From assembly GCA_002723085.1 (NCBI GenBank), contig PBNK01000026.1, positions 8,965 through 72,964 of the forward strand: a stretch of 64,000 bases of DNA. Direction: 5' to 3'. This stretch comes from Crocinitomicaceae bacterium (lineage in GTDB: Bacteria > Bacteroidota > Bacteroidia > Flavobacteriales_D > Parvicellaceae). The position numbers and the translations under genes are program-made. The notes beneath the pieces were generated by a model, which saw only the letters and a program-made list of their open reading frames with translations, was not told the DNA's origin and ran no database searches. Shown here in pieces: positions 57,800 through 64,000 of this stretch; the stretch's first letter is position 1; each line of letters starts with the position of its first letter.

Positions 57800-57985
57800 A
57801 TGGATTGGTTAGTTTACCCGATAAGAGATTTTTTAGTGTGGTTGTTTGAAAACACATTAGAACCAGCTTCCAATTATCCAAACCTTATTTTTAGTTTACT
57901 TTTGTTATTTGGAGCAACTTATTGGATGTTACTTCAACATAAGTTAAATAAAAAGGCTGACTCGGACCCTGATCAAATAAAATAA
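57800..57985 (+). CDS. Small membrane protein of unknown function
   Basis: The 61-aa product has one clear TM helix (LIFSLLLLFGATYWMLL). Its ATG lies 21 nt downstream of a TATTTTTG box. Confidence 0.4.
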   Translation: MDWLVYPIRDFLVWLFENTLEPASNYPNLIFSLLLLFGATYWMLLQHKLNKKADSDPDQIK

Positions 57986-57986
57986 A

Positions 57987-59267
57987 TTAAGACTTTTTAA
58001 TCAAGTCTTTCCCTATATCTTTTCGATAAAACATTTTGTTAAAAGAAACATTCTCAAGAGTGTTATAGCTGTTTTTTAATGCAGTTTCTAAATTCTTCCC
58101 ATATGCTGTAACTGAAATTACGCGTCCACCATTTGTGATAATTTTATTATCCATATTTTTAGTGCCAGCATGAAAAACTAAACCCCCATTAACATTGTTA
58201 GAAAAAGTTATTTCTTCTCCTTTTTCATATGCCTCAGGATACCCTCCTGAAACAAGCATTACTGTGCTAGCAGATCTAGGATCAATTTCTACATCTCTTT
58301 CAGATAAAGTATTAGTAGCTAAACCGTCAAATAATTCTAAAATATCAGACTTTAATCTAGGAAGAATGACTTCTGATTCGGGGTCTCCTAAACGACAATT
58401 ATATTCAATCACATAAGGATCGCCTTTTACTGCAATTAACCCAAAAAAGATAAAGCCAGAATAATCTATATTTTCTTTTCTTAAGCCTTTAACTGTTGGG
58501 ATAATAATTTGATTTTCAACCTTATCCATAAACTCTCTATTAGCAAACGGCACAGGGGAAATAGCTCCCATTCCTCCAGTGTTTAATCCAGTATCATTCT
58601 CTCCAATTCTTTTATAATCTTTTGCTTCAGGAAGAATTTTATAATTCACCCCATCAGTTATAATAAAAACACTTAATTCAATACCAGATAAAAATTCTTC
58701 AATTACCACAGTATTGCTTGCTGCACCAAATTGACCTTTAAGCATTTTTTTAAATGCTTTTTTAGCTTTCGATAAATCATTTTCAATAATCACTCCTTTT
58801 CCAGCTGCAAGCCCATCTGCTTTTAATACATAAGGGCCTGAAAGAGTTTCTAAATAAGCCAAGCCCTTATCCAATGTGTCATAATTAAAAGAACCATATT
58901 TTGCAGTTGGAATTCTATGTCTTTTCATAAACTCTTTAGAAAAATCTTTACTTCCTTCAAGTTTAGCTCCTTCTTTTTTAGGCCCAACAATGGTTACTTG
59001 ATTTAAGTCAGGAATAGAGTCAAAATAATCGTGAATTCCATTTACAAGCGGATCTTCAGGCCCAACCACAACTATTTTGATCTCTTTTTCAAGAACAAAA
59101 GCAGCAATGCTTTTAAAATCTTTAATTGAAAGGTCTACATTTTCAGCAATTGAATTTGTTCCTGCATTTCCAGGTGCGACATAGAGTTTTTCTAGCTGTG
59201 AACTCTGAGAGATTTTCCATGCTAAAGCATGTTCTCTTCCGCCTGACCCAAGTAAAAGAATTTTCAT
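57987..59267 (-). CDS. purD: Phosphoribosylamine--glycine ligase
   Basis: It has the MKILLLGSGGREHALAWK start and the ATP-grasp pattern. I used the ATG at 59267. Confidence 0.95.
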   Translation of the reverse strand: MKILLLGSGGREHALAWKISQSSQLEKLYVAPGNAGTNSIAENVDLSIKDFKSIAAFVLEKEIKIVVVGPEDPLVNGIHDYFDSIPDLNQVTIVGPKKEGAKLEGSKDFSKEFMKRHRIPTAKYGSFNYDTLDKGLAYLETLSGPYVLKADGLAAGKGVIIENDLSKAKKAFKKMLKGQFGAASNTVVIEEFLSGIELSVFIITDGVNYKILPEAKDYKRIGENDTGLNTGGMGAISPVPFANREFMDKVENQIIIPTVKGLRKENIDYSGFIFFGLIAVKGDPYVIEYNCRLGDPESEVILPRLKSDILELFDGLATNTLSERDVEIDPRSASTVMLVSGGYPEAYEKGEEITFSNNVNGGLVFHAGTKNMDNKIITNGGRVISVTAYGKNLETALKNSYNTLENVSFNKMFYRKDIGKDLIKKS

Positions 59268-59387
59268 AATTTGTTTTTTACAAAGCAATGCAAAATCTTA
59301 CAAATACCGCTAAATACTTTTTAACAACTCTAAAGTTGTTTTAAACATAGTGTGGTGTATCTTTATAGAAATTAAAAAAAAGAAAAG

Positions 59388-59732
59388 ATGAAAAGACATT
59401 TAAACTTAACATTTCTATTTTTTTTATTTTTTGGTTTAACTGCATCTTACAATGCACAGTCAAAAGAAATAAAAATTTTAGTAAATGGAAGCTGTTCAAA
59501 GTGTGAAAATAGAATTGAAAAAGCCCTACAAATTGAAGGTGTTGAACTTGCCGATTGGAACTTAACCACAAAAATATGTGTTGTTAAGTTTAATTCAGCT
59601 AAAATATCAGAAGATAAAATTCATAGAGCAATTGCTTTGGCTGGACATGACACCCCGAAATATAAAGCTGAAGAGGATAAATACCAAGAATTACAATCGG
59701 TTTGTAAGTATAAAAGAATTTACGAAAAATAA
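59388..59732 (+). CDS. Exported heavy-metal-associated (HMA) domain protein
   Basis: A signal peptide is followed by the GSCSKCENRIEKAL metal-binding CxxC motif in a ferredoxin-like HMA context. Confidence 0.75.
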   Translation: MKRHLNLTFLFFLFFGLTASYNAQSKEIKILVNGSCSKCENRIEKALQIEGVELADWNLTTKICVVKFNSAKISEDKIHRAIALAGHDTPKYKAEEDKYQELQSVCKYKRIYEK

Positions 59733-62003
59733 ATGAAGCTAAGTTTTTTTGTTCTTTTTGTTTTTTATTTTCTTATTGGTTTTTCCCAATCACAAAAAAA
59801 GGAAATTCTTAATGGGCGGGTTTTTGAAATAAACGCTGATTCACTCTCTCCATTACCAGGAGTTCATGTTTATTATTCAGGAACAAAAAAAGGCTCCACT
59901 ACAGATAAAAACGGATTTTTTCAACTGGAACACGATCATAATAAAGAGGCCCTTGTATTTAGTTTTATTGGCTATAAACCAGACACATTAATTATTGACC
60001 ATGATCAAGAAATAAATATAATCATGGGTGAGGGTAAAGTTTTAAAAGATTTTGAAGTTGAATTTAAAAAGGGATCTTACTTTTTTTCTAAAATTAATCC
60101 TATTAACGCACACATTATTGGACAGGATGAATTGAGAAAAGCAGCATGTTGTAATTTAGCAGAAAGCTTTGAAACCAACCCATCTATAGACGCTACTTTT
60201 ACTGACGCTGTAACAGGAACAAAACAAATCAAAATGATGGGGCTTTCTGGAAAATATGTTCAAATGCTTTCAGGAAATATACCAGCAATAAGAGGTTTAT
60301 CATCACTTTATGGATTAAAACAAATTCCAGGCGCTTTCATTCATCAAATTTCTGTTTCTAAGGGGGCGGGCTCTGTTTTAAACGGGTATGAGAGCATGGT
60401 AGGTCAACTTAACATGAATTTAAAGCACCCAGAAAATGCAGAAAAGTTTCATTTAAATGTTTATTTAAATCAAGCGGGCAGAACAGAGTACAATGCCTTT
60501 TTTACTCAAAAGGTGACCAAAAAATGGGAAACCACCTTTTCAGCTCATTTTGAAGATCAGTCTAAGAAAAACGATCGTAACGAAGATGGATTTTTGGATG
60601 CACCCCTACATAATGATTATATATTTTTTAACCAATGGAATTACCGATCAAAAAAAATTCATATAGAATTAGGCGCCCATGGCGTACTAAGTAACATGAA
60701 ATCTGGAGCTATTGACCAAACTTTTTCATACCCCGTTAACATTGAAAACCAACAAGTCAACTCCTTTGCTAAAATTGGATATTTATTTCCTAAAGATGAT
60801 TTTAAAAGTTTAGCTCTTCAGTTAAGCGGCAGCTATACAAATCAAAATTCAACTATTGGTTTAACTTCGTATTCAGGGCGCCAATACAGTGGATATGCAA
60901 ACCTAATTTACCAACAAGAATTAGGCGAAAATGATGCGAGTTTTTTTAAAATAGGGGCAAGTTGTCAGCTAGATAGTGTGAATGAAAATGTTCAGTCAAA
61001 TACAATTTATCCTCCAATCAACCGTTTTTTGGAAATAGTTCCTGGTGTTTTTGGAGAATACACTTACAATACAGAAAAATGGGGCGTTATTGCTGGCTTA
61101 AGAGCTGACTACACAAATTTTTACAATAACTATTTCGTCACTCCAAGACTACATTTAAGGCATAATTTTAATAATGAAACAGCGCTAAAATTAATGGCAG
61201 GCAGTGGAAGAAGAACACCTTATATGTTAATGGAAAATATTGGTCTTATGGCTAGCTCAAGAAGCTGGCTACTTGATAACAATGTGTATGGAATGGTTGG
61301 CTTAATGACTGATGTTGGTCAAGAATACTCATGGAATATAGGGATGGCACTGTTAAAAGAATTTACCCTTTTTCATAGAGATGGTGTTTTAACCATAGAC
61401 GCTTATCACACATATTTTATTAATCAACTTGTTGTAGACCTTTATCAATCGGCAAGAGAAGTTCATTTTTACGCTTTGGATGGAAAATCTTATTCAAATT
61501 CTTTTCAAGTCGAGATAAATTATGATTTAAATAGAAGAGTAAAAATTAGAACAGCATATAGGTATCTTGATGTTAGAACGGATTACAATTCTTTACACTC
61601 TCATTTACTAATGAGGAATAACCCATTTGTTTCTAAACATAGAGGTTTTTTAAATATTGATTACACCACAAGAAAAAAGAAAGATAGTCAATGGAAAGTT
61701 GACGTCACTGCTCAGTGGATTGGCAGTCAACAATTGCCAACTACAGAAGACAACCCTTCTTCATATAAATTAGAAGCCTCAAGTCCAAACTACATGTTAC
61801 TTAATGGTCAGATTACTCGAATTTTTAATAAAACAACTGAGTTATATTTAGGCATAGAGAATGCGTTAAACTTTAGGCAACCCAACCCTATTCTTTCAGC
61901 TGAAAACCCACAAAGCCCTTATTTTGACAGCTCAATCATATGGGGCCCTATTTTTGGAAGAATGATATATATTGGGGGTCGATTTACGTTAAATCGAGAT
62001 TAA
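59733..62003 (+). CDS. TonB-dependent receptor with carboxypeptidase-regulatory-like domain
   Basis: A signal peptide is followed by GRVFE...PLPGVHVYY, a plug motif region (AESFETNPSIDA, GTKQIKMMGLSGKY) and a long barrel. Its ATG directly abuts the HMA gene stop. Confidence 0.85.
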   Translation: MKLSFFVLFVFYFLIGFSQSQKKEILNGRVFEINADSLSPLPGVHVYYSGTKKGSTTDKNGFFQLEHDHNKEALVFSFIGYKPDTLIIDHDQEINIIMGEGKVLKDFEVEFKKGSYFFSKINPINAHIIGQDELRKAACCNLAESFETNPSIDATFTDAVTGTKQIKMMGLSGKYVQMLSGNIPAIRGLSSLYGLKQIPGAFIHQISVSKGAGSVLNGYESMVGQLNMNLKHPENAEKFHLNVYLNQAGRTEYNAFFTQKVTKKWETTFSAHFEDQSKKNDRNEDGFLDAPLHNDYIFFNQWNYRSKKIHIELGAHGVLSNMKSGAIDQTFSYPVNIENQQVNSFAKIGYLFPKDDFKSLALQLSGSYTNQNSTIGLTSYSGRQYSGYANLIYQQELGENDASFFKIGASCQLDSVNENVQSNTIYPPINRFLEIVPGVFGEYTYNTEKWGVIAGLRADYTNFYNNYFVTPRLHLRHNFNNETALKLMAGSGRRTPYMLMENIGLMASSRSWLLDNNVYGMVGLMTDVGQEYSWNIGMALLKEFTLFHRDGVLTIDAYHTYFINQLVVDLYQSAREVHFYALDGKSYSNSFQVEINYDLNRRVKIRTAYRYLDVRTDYNSLHSHLLMRNNPFVSKHRGFLNIDYTTRKKKDSQWKVDVTAQWIGSQQLPTTEDNPSSYKLEASSPNYMLLNGQITRIFNKTTELYLGIENALNFRQPNPILSAENPQSPYFDSSIIWGPIFGRMIYIGGRFTLNRD

Positions 62004-62013
62004 TATTATTTCC

Positions 62014-62628
62014 TTACTTAAGGGCGGCAAAGGTTAACCCTTTTTTCTTTATGCCCTCTATTATTTTAGGAAGAGCAGCTAAAGTTTTTTCGCTGAAGTT
62101 TTTATTGTCATGTAAAACAATTATTGCTCCCTCCTTTACATTTTTAAGTACGTTGTTGATAAGGTTTTCTGTAGAACATTTTGGGTCAAAGTCACCACCA
62201 ACAACATCCCACATTATGATTTTATATTTTGAATTAATTTTGCGAATGGCCCAAAAATTTATTTTCCCATAAGGAGGCCTAAAAAGTGTGCTTTTCACAT
62301 AATTAGAAGCTTCATTAATGTTTGCTAAGTATGTTTTTGATGAGGTTTTCCAACCATTTAGGTGATGCATGGTGTGGTTCCCAACAGAATGGCCATCATC
62401 TAAAATAGCTTTGTATAGTTTGGAATATTTTTTAACATTAGCTCCCACACAAAAGAAAGTAGCTAGAACACCATAGCTTTTTAATAAATCTAAAATTTGT
62501 TGAGTATATTCCAACGTTGGTCCATCATCAAAAGTTAGAAAAATATTGTTTTTATGGTTTTTTTCCCCCCATATGAAAGAAGGAAATAAACGCTTTAATA
62601 AAGGGGGTGTTTTATTTAAATAAAACAT
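62014..62628 (-). CDS. Polysaccharide deacetylase (NodB homology) family protein
   Basis: Motifs TFDDGP, HSVGNHTMHH and FRPPYG are present. Confidence 0.85.
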   Translation of the reverse strand: MFYLNKTPPLLKRLFPSFIWGEKNHKNNIFLTFDDGPTLEYTQQILDLLKSYGVLATFFCVGANVKKYSKLYKAILDDGHSVGNHTMHHLNGWKTSSKTYLANINEASNYVKSTLFRPPYGKINFWAIRKINSKYKIIMWDVVGGDFDPKCSTENLINNVLKNVKEGAIIVLHDNKNFSEKTLAALPKIIEGIKKKGLTFAALK

Positions 62629-62629
62629 C

Positions 62630-64000
62630 CTATAAAGACCCCCAATAATATTTATAACGATCAGGAAGGTTTTTTAAAATCCCTTTCTTATTTACAAATT
62701 TACTAGCTTCTCCTTCGTTTAAATAAACTTCTTTTGATTTATCAATTATAGCTTGAAACTGAGAAGGCTCAACTAAAACAGAAGAAAGTTTGATTATTGA
62801 ATCTCTAAATTCGGTTTCAACACTTATCTTTTGTTGATTATAAACCTTTTTCAGAGAATCTATTTCTTCACTTAATTGAGATACTGCATAATTAATCTGT
62901 TGAGCTTGCGGACTACTCATTAGGCTGTCTTTGTTTGATTGGACAAATTGAATCATTGAATTATATTGATTTATCTTATATTCTAAACCAAGTTCAGACT
63001 GTAAAGAATTCATTTTGTTGTTGTATTTGTTCATCAACTTTTCATAGTTGGGATTGCTCATTTGCTCCAAATCATCCAATTGTTTTAAAGCTTCTCCCCA
63101 TTGGTATGCATAGTTTATTAAAAAGTGTTCATTCTGATTTAAAAAGAAGTTAATTTCCGAAATTAAATATTTGGAAAGTGTTTTAGCAATTTTATCGCCT
63201 TTCTCTTTTTCTCCAGCCTTGTAATAGATGCTGCACAAAGCATTTACAGCAGCACTTTTGATTGGAACTTGATTGTTTTCAATAGGCATTTTTTCAAATA
63301 CATTGTCTAAAACAGCAATTGCCTTTTCTCTTTCACCTTGCTGTAAAAGGTAAGCAGAAGTTCTGTATGCAGAATACCTTAGGGCAACAACATGGTTTAA
63401 GCTATAATCGTCAACTAAAACACCAGATTCGTTCATATTTCCCCATAAAAAAGAAACGCTATCAACCCCTTCAGGTTTATTAAGTCCGTAACCACTAGTT
63501 AGTAATTTGTATGTTTTTTCTACATTAAACCCACCGCCATTTGGATCAGAAATGATAGGAACAAGCTTATGTACTAAACCTTCCGTTTGGGTATACTTAG
63601 CCAACTTTTTGTTTGCACCCATTCCAGCTGTTGACGCAAAGCAAATAGGCCTATCCCAATTATAATTTGATAAAATGTCTATAACCGCAAGATCGGCTTT
63701 AGTTGCATATCCACCACTAATTCTCCAGCTAATAGACTTTTCTAAATCGTCTTTTATAAAGCACTTATTGCTTTTCCATGAAGAAGGCTTGTATTCACTT
63801 TTGAATAAAGAATCTTTTACTACTTGATATAGGCTATTTTCAGACTCTACCAAGTAGGTAGTGCCAATTGAAATAAGGCTATCGCAAGGGTTACAAGAGC
63901 TGTCGTTTACTAACAATTCAAAGCTAGCTTTATCTTTTACAGTAATGACATCATTAATTTCGTAATCTAACCCAGCTTGTTTTAAGCTTACTAAACCGCT
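62630..64000 (-). CDS. C-terminal part of a large protein (possibly DUF2723/glycosyltransferase-like with TPR-like tail); 5' end outside the window
   Basis: The reading frame stays open upstream of the track TTG at 63916 to the window edge (...SGLVSLKQAGLDYEINDVITVKDKASFELLVNDSS...). The family assignment is from memory only. Confidence 0.4.
   Translation of the reverse strand, partial: SGLVSLKQAGLDYEINDVITVKDKASFELLVNDSSCNPCDSLISIGTTYLVESENSLYQVVKDSLFKSEYKPSSWKSNKCFIKDDLEKSISWRISGGYATKADLAVIDILSNYNWDRPICFASTAGMGANKKLAKYTQTEGLVHKLVPIISDPNGGGFNVEKTYKLLTSGYGLNKPEGVDSVSFLWGNMNESGVLVDDYSLNHVVALRYSAYRTSAYLLQQGEREKAIAVLDNVFEKMPIENNQVPIKSAAVNALCSIYYKAGEKEKGDKIAKTLSKYLISEINFFLNQNEHFLINYAYQWGEALKQLDDLEQMSNPNYEKLMNKYNNKMNSLQSELGLEYKINQYNSMIQFVQSNKDSLMSSPQAQQINYAVSQLSEEIDSLKKVYNQQKISVETEFRDSIIKLSSVLVEPSQFQAIIDKSKEVYLNEGEASKFVNKKGILKNLPDRYKYYWGSL

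Overview
This is an AT-rich, very gene-dense chromosomal segment of a Bacteroidota (Flavobacteriia-like) bacterium. The lineage call rests on T9SS sorting domains, a PorP/SprF gene, carboxypeptidase-regulatory-domain TonB-dependent receptors, and starts without Shine-Dalgarno sequences that are preceded by TAnnTTTG boxes. I support about 56 protein-coding genes. I saw no rRNA, tRNA, CRISPR array, transposase, integrase or phage gene. Most genes are housekeeping: ileS, leuS, asnS, mnmG, ybeY, rsmI, rnpA, trhO, rpoN, purD, purQ, galE, gpsA, idi, rpiB, queD, hemF, hemD-like and lspA. The accessory content has six parts. (1) A 5'-truncated SprB-repeat T9SS cargo gene with a cognate PorP/SprF gene. 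(2) A TetR-TolC-MFP-RND operon with a translationally coupled GNAT gene. (3) A metallochaperone-like HMA protein next to a TonB-dependent receptor. (4) A small islet of three exported proteins, one built of six 20-aa tandem repeats. (5) A giant membrane-anchored coiled-coil protein followed by an orphan RsbW-like kinase. (6) A tight four-gene module at 34731-38152 built around a photolyase-family protein with inverted domain order, plus a TIGR03643-like protein, a flavin-reductase-like protein and an SDR+DUF2867 fusion. I rate module (6) the most interesting. Convergent genes often overlap, and several genes need GTG or TTG starts. All calls come from reading the ORF translations and the DNA by eye; no database search was run.
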